A stretch of DNA of 64,000 nucleotides from Catajapyx aquilonaris. Its lineage: Eukaryota. Position 1 is the stretch's first letter. Each line of letters starts with the position of its first letter. The notes under the pieces were generated by a model. The model searched no databases. It was given only the letters and a program-made list of their open reading frames with translations, and was not told the DNA's origin. Positions 1 to 14,041 of the stretch are shown here, piece by piece. A program made the translations under genes and the position numbers. The DNA is taken from positions 1-64,000 of the forward strand of contig JYFJ02000902.1 of the NCBI GenBank assembly GCA_000934665.2, read 5' to 3'.

Positions 1-295
1 AGTGACCCACAGCGGGGTCAGTCATCATGGCCCCACATCCAGACATGTTCAGAAGTGTCCAAAGACCAATTGTGGCGAGTTTCATGTTTTTGTCACCGAA
101 TACAAGGTCCTAAAAGGATGCTGCATCTGGTAGTTATGGAAACCCTGCGAAATGGACCGCCACCGGGGTGGGTCATCGTGGCTCCACGTCCAGATATGAT
201 CAGAAGTGTCCAAAGGACAAGTGTACCGAGTTTCATACTTTTGTCACAAAATGCAAAGTTTGGATCAAATTTGTCCCTTAGCACCTGGACTATAT
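1..295. repeat. End of a repetitive element containing two diverged ~150-bp tandem units
   Basis: ccagacatgttcagaagtgtccaaa...gagtttcatgtttttgtcac (~40-97) recurs as ccagatatgatcagaagtgtccaaa...gagtttcatacttttgtcac (~190-247). Truncated by the window edge; family not determined. Confidence 0.45.
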
Positions 296-2713
296 AGGTA
301 CAGGCACTTAAAGAAAAGTCACACCCATTTAGCTAAAATAAAATAAAATAGGATGTCCATTCAAATGGACATTTTGTCTCAGGAAGAAAAGAAAATTGCC
401 AGTTCTCTACAGCAACAAAGATCGTCACAGACAATTTTTTTCGTTTTTCCTAATGCACATTCCTTGCGAATCCCAGGACATTCACTACATTGACGAAAAT
501 CGCACTCTAAATATGAGGAAAAAAATAAAACTTATCAGATGAGCGCCTTGCTTCAGCAGCGGCATCCGCCATTTTTTCCGCGATTTAATTTTCGCGGACC
601 AAGTCAGATATTCGACACTAGGTGGCTACAGCTATTGAGGCCAGATTGTAATCATGGGATACCAACAGATTACAGTTCTGTTGGCATCACTAGTTGGCGA
701 CAAAAAAACTTTTCCAGATGTCCAGTATACTGGACGCCGGGTCTCAGGAGGATATAGTATGTCCTCATTACACCCGTTATCTGCATCAGATATGGATATA
801 CCCTTTCGCTTAAGGCTTATCAAAATAATATTGTTATCATCGTACTGCATGTTTAATGTAAAGCAGGGAGTTTGTTGCACATATAATTTTATTGAACAAT
901 GCGACTTCACGTTTATAGTCATTGCTTGTGAGAATCAAATGAGGTGGTAATGGGAATCGGCAGGGGTACTATAAAACTGTTTTCATTCGAGGTAATAATA
1001 TACTCAATGTGTAGAGAGCACAGGTATCACTGTAAAATAACAAGGTGAATATTATTCTCCGCTCCCTCAGTATTTTATAAGGAATGGGAGATAAAATGAG
1101 CAGATAAATAAATAATATCAGAGAGCACTTGTTATGGACGATCGTGATGTGCTTCAAATATTCCAAATCACATGGTTAGACAGTCTCAAGTCCCCATCCG
1201 TCTCAGAGAGGTGTCCCTCCCTTATTCGTGCAGCAGGAGTGTCGACAACAACAATATCATTCAGTGATGAGGCTTTGCAACCTGAAGCTGATGTAATTCC
1301 GTCCCCTTTTCGCCTTAGTGGAACACATTGCAACCGATTCACCAACCCCAAATTACAGTTTTCAACCCACTATCACCACCACTGACTTTTGTTTGACAAG
1401 TGCAAGGTGCTCTTCTTGTCAACTTGTGCAGTGATGGTCCGGAATGGGCCTCGTGCACGCTCGTGGAAGAGGAATAATAACACACCATTTGTATAACTGT
1501 ATCTTCTAACAGTACGTTATAAAACAGATTATGTCTCTTTGCAGATTGCGTATAGAGAGTCAGATATCATGTTCTTGTACTGCTCTTTCAGAGGTATGAT
1601 TATTATGCATGGCTCAGGATTCACTAATGTAATAACGCCAAAGCAGTCATTGCCATTGTGAATACCAGTTAATGACTTAAATACGAGTCGCCGAGATAAC
1701 GGCACCTCAGTAATAATATTTTCGCACCCGGCCATGGGTTTTATTTGTGTTATGGAGGCAGTCGTAAGCCTTCTGTTCTGGACATGTCTGAAATGACTGT
1801 CATTGCGTCAGACTTTCTACTTATACTGTGTAATGTTCCCTATAAAAAGTACTCCGCAATGTTTTAGAGCAAATAAGAAGTAACAATACAACTCATATCG
1901 TATTTAGAGTTTGCTTAACTAAAATAATGGTGTCAATTTTGTATCACCTCGCTGGCCAATATTACTGTTTGGTAAGTTGTCGCACAACCATGAAAAGTGG
2001 CTAAAAGTAGACATTCCCATTCCAAATTGTGCACAACAAAATAATAATGATAATGATAATTAAAATTAAAACAATCCCGTTAACTGCGTATATTTATACA
2101 CCACATGCCACTAATGTTCGTATAATAATGATGGAATCCTTAACATATTCGTATAAGGATATTACAGAGTAAAATACGATTACTGTCCATATTTTTATGG
2201 TCTTCCTGCTACATTGGCAGGAGAGACGGTGCCTATAATACAATATTCCTCCTCAAAGTCATGAAACAAACAAAATAATATATTGTTCGGTCCACTTCCC
2301 TTTGGCCTCGGCTGCAGTGTGTTTAATGTTGGATTCCGGATACTGCTCGGTAATGCTGCTGGGCTGCATCTCCTGCCGGAGCGGGCAGGCATTTGCGTCC
2401 AACTGCATTGTATTACAAGCGATGCCGAAAAGATATGCTTCGTAAATATTGCATGAAGCTATGCTCACTGGCTGCTTACCTATCTCAATTCTCAATGCAG
2501 TTGCTTCTTTTTTTCACAAAATAATTATGTGCCACGAGACGTAATTATCCAAATGCTTGAAACAATATGAAGCTCACGTGGCGCTTATCAACATGCGCAT
2601 CACACACTGCCCAAAACGTCTAGGGTGCATGAATAGCTAGGAACATCAGATCACGTAGGAATATAAGTTGTTCAGGTTCAGGTGCCAGCCAGCCGTCTCG
2701 GCACAGCTTTTAA

Positions 2714-4035
2714 CCCTTTGCTGCCTACGGCCATCATATGATTTCCGGAGATTTGCCCGGCCAACTTGGGTCATTTTTCAACGCAAAAAATTTCAACCTC
2801 ACCGATTTTCTTGAAATTCGGTGCATTGGTAGCCCACCCCAAGGGATGAAAAACGCACCTATAGTTACCTTATCAAAATGACCTCGTGACCCAATTTTGA
2901 GGGGGCAGAGGTCAAATCATAAAATTTTGACCTCACCGATTTTCTTGAAATTCGGTGCATTGGTAGCCCACACCAAGGGATGAAAAACGCACCTATAGTA
3001 ACCTGATCAAAATGACCTCGTGACCCAATGTTGAGGGGGGCAGAGGTCAAATTTCGACCTCACCGGATTTTTTTCAAATTCGGTGCATTGGTAGCCCACA
3101 CCAAGGGATAAAAAACGCACCTATAGTTACCTGATCAAAATGACCAAGTGACCCAATTTTGAGGGGGCAGAGGTCAAATCATAAAATTTCGACCTCACCG
3201 ATGTTCTTGAAATTCGGTGCATTGGTAGCCCACACCAAGGGATAAAAAACGCACCTATAGTTACCTGATCAAAATGACCAAGTGACCCAATTTTGAGGGG
3301 GCAGAGGTCAAATCATAAAATTTCGACCTCACCGATGTTCTTGAAATTCGGTGCATTGGTAGCCCACCCCAAGGGATGAAAAACGCACCTATAGTGACCT
3401 GATCAAAATGACCTCGTGACCCAATTTTGAGGGGGGCAGAGGTCAAATCATAAAATTCCGACATCGCCGATTTTCTTCAAATTCGGTCCATTGGCAGCTC
3501 ACTCCAAGGGATGACAAACACACCTATAGTTCCCTGCTCGACATGACCCTGTGACCCATATTGGAGGGGACCTATGTCAATGCGCCGACGAATTTCAAAA
3601 AAAATTGTGACTGGCACTTGCAAAGTCTCGCTTGTGATTCACTAAGGCGGGTAGTACGTGTACGCAAAAAATGTAAGTGTGTATAACCTTGGTATAACCC
3701 CCGAATTCCAAGAAAATCGGTGAAGTTGGAATTTGACCTCTGCCCTCATCAGAATTGGGTCACGAAGTCATTTTGATCAGGTAACTATAGGTGCATTTTT
3801 CATCCCTTGGGGTGGGCTACCAATGCACCGAATCTCAAGAAAATCAGTGAGGTCGAAATTTTATGATTTGACCTCTGCCCCCTCATAATTGGGTCACGAG
3901 GTCATTTTGATCAGGTAACTATAGGTGCGTTTTTCATCCCTTGGGGTGGGCTACCTATGCACCGAATTTCAAGAAAATCGGCGAGGTCATAAAATTTCCG
4001 GAAAAGGGGGAAAAAAAAACTCCGTCATCATAGGG
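2714..4035. mobile_element. Non-autonomous piggyBac-like element with internal ~134-bp tandem repeats in two inverted arms
   Basis: TTAA at 2710-2713 and 4036-4039 flank CCC...GGG termini with imperfect TIRs (CCCTTTGCTGCC vs CCCTATGATGAC). About 6 direct units (cctcaccgat... at ~2797, 2931, 3058, 3193, 3327, 3461) and about 2 reverse-complement units (~3700-3990). No transposase ORF. Confidence 0.75.
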
Positions 4036-5037
4036 TTAACCAGCGAATGATGATTCTAAGATAACGCAAAAGTGGCACCACGAAAATGTGCGTCCATCTG
4101 GCCCTTGCATTGCCCCGCACACGCACATTCCAATATTTTTTTAAAAATCACTCTCCATGGACCACATAGGTTCAATTGGGTTTGGGTCCAATTCTCAGGG
4201 TGTTCCAATATGAAAATGTCCGTCTCAGATGGCGATTTTTTTCCAACAAACTGCTTATAAGCTGTTAGTTTTACGTAGTAATTGAAAATAATGTATATTG
4301 GGTGCTATAGTAGTGTATGAGGGTGCATGCTAGCACTGCTCGGTTTAAACGACCCCTCCAGTAGGAGCTAATGTCCTAGAAAATATTCCGCAAAATATAC
4401 TGCAAGATGTGAAGGAATTCCTCCTGTCAAGAATAGGTGCAGGCTGGAATTGAGTTCCTTCCTCTCAGTATTGGAACTCGAGTCATATTTAAAACATATA
4501 ATGTCGCATTGTACATGTATGTTGGGAATGCTTCCGCATTCATTTGAGAAGGCAATGGAATCCTATTCACATGATGGTATAGGCAATTGCGCACTAACCG
4601 GTTGCAAGCGTAAGAAGATTCATTGACTTATTCTGGGCTACTTTGCGTCGGCGGCAGACTTACCGATGATTGGCGTCATCTTTGAGAGTAATGGCAGGGG
4701 ATACCCTAATTAATATCGAATAATTAATAATTTCATATGCAGTGTACTTGTCGGAATAATTATGCTGCCTAGGGGTTCATTGTGAAGGCTGTAAATGTGC
4801 CCTCTTGTCATCATAATTATAGGTCCAAGCAGTGAAGCTAAGGCCTGTTTCAGGGCGAATATTCCTAATAATTATGTCTTATCATGATTGTAAGGGGTCA
4901 TATTCATCGCCAGGTCCGTTTAATGACATACGTTCGGTGTTCTCACTAGATTCCTATACATTGTCGGAGTTGCTAAAACAATGGTTTTTTTCCGCCACCA
5001 TTTGCAATACAATATACAACATGTTAGAAATGCAGCA

Positions 5038-5660
5038 CAATTGGTGAAAAGGTCAATGAGTCAAATATTTTTTCAATCAGTGGTAGATTTTTTTTGGAAT
5101 TAATTTCAGTGCAGTCTACAGGTTTGTGTGGCCCCTCAGGCTCGTTACTAAAAGTGTAATACTAAGTAACAAATAAAATAATGTAGCGGCACCAATTTTT
5201 CCCAGGCCCCACAGAAATGTACTTGTAAGGTGAAAAAATAAGTGTTTTTTTGTGTCAAACTTTGGAAGCAATTTATTTTCTCAAGGAATGAATGGGGTCT
5301 AGCAGTGTATGACTTGTACAATAATCAGCATAATTAGCCCCTTCCAATGATGAGATCGATGTCCTTCACTCATACGGTTGCTGTCACATGCCCTCCAAGT
5401 GACTTTGGTCCTTACTGGTTTTGGAGATAGGGCAAATGGAGTCGTGCACACAGTCGCAGACAAGAGTGATGCGACCAAATCATGCATGATACATAATTAT
5501 TATCCTTCTAATCTTGCCAAGAACATGGTGCAACAGTCCACAGTGAGTGAAATAATGTGTAACACTACATTTTGTGATTATTTCTTTTGCTCCAAACACA
5601 GATACATGTGGATAAAAAGTGATGCATGCAATATTATTATCCATGTCAAATAATAATAAT
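5038..5660 (+). repeat. Copy A of a ~620-bp inverted duplication (partner 14042-14946)
   Basis: Near-identical reverse complement of 14042-14208 plus 14480-14946. The spurious ORFs at 5299-5487(-) and 14487-14696(+) translate almost identically. Confidence 0.9.
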
Positions 5661-8600
5661 ATACACCAAGTGCAGCACATAATTAAGCGAAATGTTTCAC
5701 GCCTTCCCCAACTTACCCATAACAGGTCTTTTTTGAAGTAAAAGGATGATATTGAGGGCGAGTCATCATGAGTAAAAAGTATGTTGTTGGTTCGTCTTCT
5801 CTCTGACAAGAGCTGAGAGAGTTGCGGCTTTGTTATCGGCTGAAGCGGTCAATTGCAAATGTGTAGATTGTAAGAATGCACTTGAGAAGTGCTCGGAAAT
5901 CAAGAATGGGACGCTCTTTGTTTCCTTTGAGACGCGTATGTTGCTATATGCTTTATGTACATTACAAGAGGTTGGCACCTCTTTCACATGATGGGTCGGA
6001 CAGGGTCGGACAGCCAGGAGATTCTTGAAAGTTCCTGATCAGACTTTTGTCGGAATGTCCTGCCTCTTGGCTCCACGAGATGTAATAGTTGGTACGTGTC
6101 GAAGTAGTCGGTTTCAAAGTGCAGTGTCGGTGTATACGAGGAATTAGGTTAATACACGATGCAGACATTGATGTCATACGTTCGCCACCAGGAAAGTCTG
6201 GCCATGACACGCTAAGAACTCTGGTCAGATGGCATCCATTCACTGTAATGAATAATATTATAGTTGGCTATGGACTTTGCCTTATCGGCTGTGCGGTGCT
6301 CACGAGATGACGTTCTCCTTTTGCACCACAGCAGGCAGGCGCTTCCTGCAATGGGTCTTGGTTTCCTATGCGGAATCCTCTGTAATAAAAGTGTATCATA
6401 TTATAACAAATACCTCCCGTTCACGCTATAATAATATTTTGAGTGTCTCCAGAATCCAGACTCGTCTGGATGCAGCCGTTTGATGACGCGTAGTGATAAT
6501 GAAATCCAGACGCCGCAAATATATGTGCATTTGCTGGAGTAAACTTAATGGTGTTAATATCACATGTTAATATCACTGTTAGTGTACGTCGTGTAATAGG
6601 CCCACATCAGGGTCCAGTACCTCGAATGCAATAAGGCCACGGCGCACTTCCTGCACTGGAGCAATGGTCAACGGCTTCGTCGATTGTCAAGTGACAAGTG
6701 CGTGTCAGTGCGTACGTGTCAGTGTGTGCCATGCGACATACTACTGTGGTAGCCAAATGGAAAAGCTGCTATTATTTGACCGGTGATGCGATTTCGGGGA
6801 TGAAGGTTTCCATACCTACCAGGATAATATACTTTGTACTTGTCGTTTGAAGGCAATTATCTCAGTAATGAGGCTGCCCAGACATAATGACTCCTCTACA
6901 TAACATGATCCTCTGGTGACAATAATTAAGCCACGGGTACAGGTCTGACTGGTCGATTCAATTACACCCTGTATAGACTACTATATTGCAGATGCAGCCA
7001 CATACACTCTCAAGTCGGGTTAATTTGATCACGTGTTTTAATATTGTTAAGTATTGTTTTTCTTTAAAAGAGATGGGCAATGTTCTCTGCATCTACCCTA
7101 GAGTCATTAAGTTTAATTCTCTGCTCTGGTTCGGTGACTGCACGTTCCAGACATAAACTCATTATATTGAATCTACATGCATGTTAATTAATCTCCGATG
7201 ATAATTAATTGGTTGTTGTTGTTGACACGTCTATTCTGTTGGGAATGAGCAAAGAGTATTCTTGAAATAGATCTCGATTTCCAGGTTCAGGGTTATTGTT
7301 TTCAGGCTCCGCTGCTTGTCACAAATTAGATGCTTTTGAATAGTTGTTCCTCTTCGGATTGGTAAAGAAAAATGTTTTAGACTGTCAATAGGCCATTTGG
7401 TGGAATGAATAATTGCTACTTTGCAGGTGGGTGGAGTCCACTCTGCAAAAAGTGGGTATACAATCATGAACCATTGGTGGCAAAATGGGTCATTCCAAAA
7501 CATTGAAGCACATAGCAGGGAGCATCAATAGACGTCTGTAATGCGACCCTTTTCATCATAATTATTACCTTATTAAAGGTAATGTTGCTGAACTTCTGCG
7601 AATAATGTATTAAGACTGTGTGTAGTTATATAGTAGGAAATCACTTCATGGAGAAATATCATTGCACAGATTATAAAATGTTTCTGTAGTATCAAATGAG
7701 TAAAGTGGGCTCTATTGTCGCAGCAGTTCTGTAATAAAAGACGCAAGCTATACTTGAGTGCTTCTGGGTCCACTTGGACTATTTGAAGAGGGGACATGGA
7801 GGAAAGTTGATGCACTATTATAGGCACTCCTGACTTGTCACGTGGGTTTGTCCTCCTTTGCCTTCTTTGCATGCCGCCAATTTTGTTTGGTCGTTTGGTT
7901 TGGTTGTTTGTCGTAAGGCTGCTGAGTAATCGATAAGCTGTTCCCCAGCACTTCGGATAGTCAACTTAACCAAAAAGAAACCGCCTTTCGAGGCACGACG
8001 AGACGCGACGTGCACTACTATACCGAAGTCTAGTTGAGTTTCTTGAGTAGCGCAAAATTGATGTCCGTTCCTGCCCGTGGTTGGTGCTCAAATAGTAGCA
8101 TATACATTATTATAAGAGTGAAAGTTGCGAAATGTAATTTCACTCCATTAAGTAAATTGCGCTTATGTAATATGCGCGGCCCCTGAACTTATTGATGGAA
8201 GAGCGTGACTATTAATTAAGTTATGTCGCTCTCAAGCAATTATATGGCTCGATCGACCACGTATCAGCAAGATCTGTCCAACAGTATAATGTTGTAAGTT
8301 TACAGCCGGTTTGCTTATGTATAATATTACCGGCAACAGTTATTACTATATCCATGTTACTTCCTGATAGTCAACGTGTCAGTCAGCCTGTTCGTTAGGT
8401 TTGTAACGTTTGTTGGAGGTCACCATTGCTTTGCGAGAACTGATTGAGAATAATGGTTCCTGATATTCGTGGGCCAATCTTGGATCAATCGTCCGAGTTG
8501 CTTGCAGTTTGAAAAGGTTGGGCCTATCGTGCGCTGTTGCCTATTTAACAGTGAAATTATTGTGCTCATGGTCCCATAGATACTTGCATCACGGATATCG

Positions 8601-9321
8601 TCCTACCCATACGAGGTGCAAGGACCATGAGAAGGTGCTGACTGAAGCATTACGGAGCCTCTGCTCTCGTACACATTGCCGGAATATAGTCTATAAGTCA
8701 GGGGCGAACTACGTGGTTGTAACAAAACATGTAGACTGTGTAAAGGGCAAATCTATAATAATAATTGTTATGTTGTGTTGTTGTGATATTTCAGCTACCT
8801 ATATACTTCACATCGTCGCATTATTTCAAATATGTTGCTTCACAATGATCCTTTTCATGAGGTGCAACATGCACTGTCAACTAGATCGCATTGTCATTGC
8901 CAGTGAGTCACATGCAGAGGCGCACTGGTTTATACTGCAATGCCTTACCAACTCTGAATTTGATTAGCTGGTTGGATTCACATGACAGTTTTTCGACGGG
9001 TTCCCTTCACGTCGGTTACGTTTGTTCCAATCATACGAGTTATGATAAGCAAAATTAGATAAACAAGTGGAACATTATTTTAGTAAGACTACTGTCACTG
9101 GTACCTTGTTATTGTTTAATTTATTAGTACCTAACAAAGTAGCAATAATTGGTGACTGTCAAAATAACAATGTGCATGGCACATGCGTGTGCATGAATGC
9201 GTATTAAATACGGTATATCATATGTTAGAAAGAGCATGTAATACGAATAGGCCTACTAGAAGAAACTATAATAAGATAATAAGTTATCTCACAAGTAGCT
9301 GTGCCGGCTTCAGTCCCCTTA

Positions 9322-9525
9322 TTGCGGTGGTTCTTATCTTTTTCGTACCTCCGCACCCCTTTGAAGATAGTTGGTCCTTGTCGCACCCCCTGTACCGGCA
9401 GGGGCGATTGATTAAATGCATAGTTAGACTAACCTAAGTTCTAACCTAACCTTGCTCGCACTCCCAGGGGAGCCACCTCTCACCCCTTGGGGGTGCGGGC
9501 ATCCCAGGGTAAGAACTGCTGCCTT
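9322..9525. mobile_element. Possible small MITE-like inverted-repeat element with a CCTAA-rich core
   Basis: gcggtggttcttatc...ccgcacccc is mirrored by ggggtgcgg...ggtaagaactgctgc; the centre contains taacctaa...taacctaacc. Confidence 0.3.
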
Positions 9526-10850
9526 ATTGGCTTGTGCTAATTTAAATTGCAATATCATTATGATCGTGATCATTAGTGATAGGTCGAAAGTCAATGTGGT
9601 ACCGTCACTACGCAATTAACTGCAGGATCTGCAGTGTAGGAGGGGTCTTATAGATAACGAGTCATATGTCTGACGACGTTGTACAAGAACGCGAAAATAT
9701 CCATGCAAACATGGCATTATTCGTCGTCACGTGGCATTTCCAGCTAGCAGTATACGTCGTACTCGCCTGCTGTATTATTACTATATGTCTGCTCTCTGCT
9801 GCACAATGATGTTAAAAGCGTCCGCATACCACCCTTCAGAGGAATCCCGCTTGTGCCAATGTAACCCACGCGGCACAGAAGACGACATTCAATAGTAACT
9901 AGCTCAGGCTGTGCATTCAAACAGCGCGCCAGGAGTTCAGTCGAGCAGCGTCCGGAATGCGCCCTTATTACAGCGTCTTGGACCGTAGACACGCTCCTTG
10001 GACGCCATGTTTGATCATGCAATGCTCGATCATCATAATATTACACAATCTTCATGCTCACCCACCGTCAGCACAACAACAGAGGAAAAAAGGCCCGTAA
10101 AAAGGAGTCTTCCGGGTGCGTCCGCCCAGGGGCCAGCAGTGGGCATGGAACCAGCCCAGGACAACGCTCCAGGCAAGAAGGCGGCATCCCGCTCCAACCT
10201 GGAGGCCCTTTTATTCCTGCCACATTCCTGATCCGGTGTCAGGCGCAGGTCGGGAGGAACAGGAACCACCTTTTAGTGTGGGGCAGGTTTCGATAAACGG
10301 TGGTGGTTTCGCACGAGCCGCCACCTTTTAGTGACATGGCCGGGGTTTGTTTTCTCAAAATCGTAATGATGTTTCCAGCCTCCAAATCTTCTGCTCAATA
10401 TATATTCATAAATTATTACTTTCTACATTTACCGCACTTTGACTAGGCATGTACTGAGCGATGTAACTTCGAATGTCGTCATTTTTGACTCGTCTGAGTC
10501 GATTAACTGGTTATTAGCCGGATCCTGATCGGCGTAAATATTAGCTATACCTGGTAGCTGCTTATTATAACTTCGCAAATTCAAATTGCAATATTTTTTT
10601 TCCCCCTCCTTCACGGCAGATTGCGGAACTTTTGGCGAATCTCTGCTGAATGCTGGCCTTCTGGGAACCTCTAAAGTGAGAACATAAAATGGCACGGCTC
10701 CATATAATGCATAAAGTAGCTGTAAACCGCAAAACATTAAAAGAGCGTCAATTCTATGCTCCATGGCAGACTCTTTAAATGCTTTGCAGATTACAGTGTT
10801 TGATATGGATGGCAATATATTGTGACACTTGTGTGTGACGCTTCCCGCAG

Positions 10851-13319
10851 GAGGCTTCGTCGTTGGCCAGACGCACCCTCCTGCCGGGGCTTGAGATCCG
10901 CAACCTGGCCGATGGCTCTCCGACGGTGGTTGTCTGCTGCGGAGGGGATGGCCACTCGTCGTTATCCTGGCCAAAGGGAACCCACTTTGGCCCCCTCCTG
11001 GCCCCCAGGGTGTTTCTCATGCCTCCGGAGATCACCTTCCCCATCAGGGTGTTTCAGCGCAACAAGGGGAAGCCAGCCCTCTACCTGGACACCACCAGTG
11101 AGGACAAGTGCAACTGGATGAGTCTGGTGGCTCCTGCGAGAGTTCCTAGCGAGCAGAACCTCATCTGCTACCAGGTGGTTTATTATATTATGTTAACAGT
11201 ATTACCGGCGCTTATTGCAGGGTTCGTTCGGGGTGAACCAGGCACTGATTCAATATTATAATTTACAGCTACGAGATGCAATCTACTATTCGACAACCCG
11301 GGAGTTGGTTCCTGGAGAGGAGCTGCGTGTTTGGTATTCGTCCGACTATGCTGCCAGGATGGGCATGTGTGGGGCTGCCCCTGGGTTCAGCACCAGCAGG
11401 CCCAACTTGCCAGAGCCCTATCCAGACCACAACTACAGGAAAGACACTGCCTTGCGTCGGCCTGCTGCGCCCGATACGCACTTCAGTTATTGGTCTCCGA
11501 GGTTTCCCAAGGAGGGTCCGCAAGTGATACTGGTTTCTCGTGTGGGATCAAGGACGAGGCTTCATCGAGGAGAGGTGGATCTCCAGACCCTGGAGTCTCT
11601 CTGGGCAAAACTGGAAGAGGGACAGGCCCCATCTGCTGCCCTTGAGAAGGCCTTGGGGTTGGCCCCAGTCAAAAGAACCAGGTCGAACTCTGGGAAGAAG
11701 ATCCCATCACCTCCAGAGGGGAAGCCTCCCCTTCCAAAAGTGGGGTGTTTGGACGACCATCAGGTGATGCCCGCTGTGTCACGCAAGCAACAGCAAATGG
11801 AACCACCTCCGGACACTCCTGATCCACCAACCACAGGGCAAACGGTGCTCCCTGCAGTTATGTTGATAAAGACAGAGACGCCCATGGAAAAGTTGCAGAG
11901 GCAGTACATGTGCGACCTCTGTGGCCAGAACTACAGCAGTGCCTACAGTCTAAAGATACACATGCAAATTCATGGTACGATTTCCCAACCTTCCCACCGT
12001 AATATTGTTACTAATAAATTAGTGAATGGCCTGCTGACACCGGAATGGTTTGTTGTGCGACAGGCAGCAATATTTTGTGACTTGCAGTTGGATTTTACCT
12101 TGTACGGTGCCAAGAAACTTCGCCAACCACATGTACTACTAAGAGCACCTAATTCTACTGAAACATACTTTAGACTGCACTAGTACGTAAATGGGTTTGG
12201 ACGTTAGACCATTAACAGTAATTTTCACGCACTTTAATTGTTATTATTTCAGCTGGAACGAAGCGATACGAGTGCCCAGTGTGTGCCAAGAGGTTTCATC
12301 GCAAGGACTTGCTGCAAGAACACCGCAGTGTGCATCAGGAAGCTCAGGTAATTGTGTCATATGCATGCCCCTAACATCCCATTGTATGCATTTGTTGCTG
12401 CCAGCCATTTTAAGGGAGGCCCACATTGTTAGTGTTATTTTAAAAGAGTGTTAAAGGTATGAATCATCACATGTTAATTGTCATTTCTTCCATCAGATCC
12501 CTTGCCCCGAGTGCGGAAAAAAAGTGAAGACGCGCAAGTCCCTCCACAACCACCTCCTGCTCCACAAGGACAAGGCAGAGTCCCACCGCCACTTGTGCCC
12601 CCACTGCCAACGCGCCTTCGTCCAGAAAGGCAACCTCCGCAAGCACGTCCGTGCCTCCCACCCGCCTCCTGGGCAGCCCAAGGGAGTGCTCTGCCCCCAC
12701 TGCGGGAAGAGGTTTGCATCCGAGGAGTACCTCCGCCTGCACACCCTCGGACACCACGACTCAACCTCCCAGCCGGCCCCTTCGATCCTCCACCAGTGCC
12801 CATCCTGCCCCAGGGCCTTCGTGAAGGCCCACCTCCTCCGTGCTCACTTGAGGCACCTGCATGGGGACTCCCTGTACGAGTGTCCCTACTGCCACCTGGC
12901 ACTCAGGCTGAGGGCGAGTCTCAGGCGGCATCTCGGACAGCACCACCAGGACCAAGCGCAGCAGTGGAAGGGAGAGGGCTTCATCGACGGGCTCAGGAGG
13001 ACAGTGCCAACCATGCCGACCCACAAACCACAACAGGGTGAGGGAGTGCCACCGTGCACACTTGAATCTGCAAAGTGTCAATTCTGCAATGTTGAATTAC
13101 TAGCCAAGGGATATGTAATATATCATTCCAGTTGAGGTTGTGCTGCAAGGAATTGGCGATGTGACGACGGCACCTGCTGAGGCTGTGGATCCGCCCCCAG
13201 AGCCACCGACCACAGCAGAGGCCTTCTTCCTCCCGGATGCAACCCAGGAGGTCCTCTACTACGTCTTGTCCAGCGACATTGCCGGAGAGGAAGTGGCAGC
13301 CGCAGTGGTGCAGCAGTGA
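10851..13319 (+). CDS. PR/SET-domain C2H2 zinc-finger protein (PRDM10/15-like); 5' exon(s) around 10.0-10.3 kb unresolved
   Basis: Phase-consistent exons 10851-11174, 11269-11974, 12253-12347, 12497-13037, 13132-13319. PR motifs FGP, CNWMSLVAPA...EQNLICYQ and IYYSTTRELVPGEELRVWY; seven CxxC...HxxxH fingers; AATAAA at ~13564. Confidence 0.85.
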
Positions 13320-14041
13320 GGAGACAGACGACTCTGATCAAAATGCACCACTCAATGTCTCATCAGATGGCTGTAGGAATAAGCCTTCATCACTATGATA
13401 ATGAGGAGGCAGGATTGCTCCCTGAGATAGAAAACTGCATCACTCTGTTCACATTGTCATTATATTATGCTCACTTTGATGTGACTTGAGCATGTTGATC
13501 CTGCCCCAGAGGCAATACCTGACGTGATTGATCTAAGAATGGCCAACAGAGATTGTTTGAGGAAATAAAGACTGATTAATTTTTGAATGCGTCAGAGTTC
13601 TTATTGGGACGCATGCCATCCTTATGCATGTTTCCTTTCGAATATCCCAAACTGAGGTGTTAGCCATTTAATACAGTGTACACTTGAAAGTGCGGTGGTT
13701 AACCCTCTGTCCCAAACGAATAGAAGATGAGATCTAGGAGTAACATAGTGCAATTCAGGAATTTGTCATGTTTTGATCTATGGATAGGGTCGTCTCTGGC
13801 TTCGTCTCAGGTGGAATTTCTGCTAGACATATCCACCCGGGGGGAGTTCACATATTATGTGCCATTTTGGAAATTTTGCACTGCACATTCCACATCCCCT
13901 CCTGTCATCCCGGACCCGGGCGATTCAAATGAATAGGCACTGAAAAATGTAACTCCGATCAATAAAAAATAAATAAAGCTCAAAGTGCTTGTACCCAAGG
14001 AGTCAGAAGCATAACCAACAATTATTATTATTATTATCATC

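Noticed and set aside
2790..3570. Regular repeats that might be taken for a CRISPR array
   Set aside because: Eukaryotic DNA, ~134-bp units with no unique spacers and no cas genes.
9998..10331. Definite first coding exon of the PRDM gene
   Set aside because: The ATG-initiated frame stops at 10231 and the frames with phase-0 donors lack a clear ATG; cannot be resolved without transcripts.
10851..13319. PRDM9 identity for the PR-zinc-finger gene, given the nearby meiotic gene
   Set aside because: No KRAB/SSXRD seen and the fingers are divergent and intron-split, not a minisatellite-like array.
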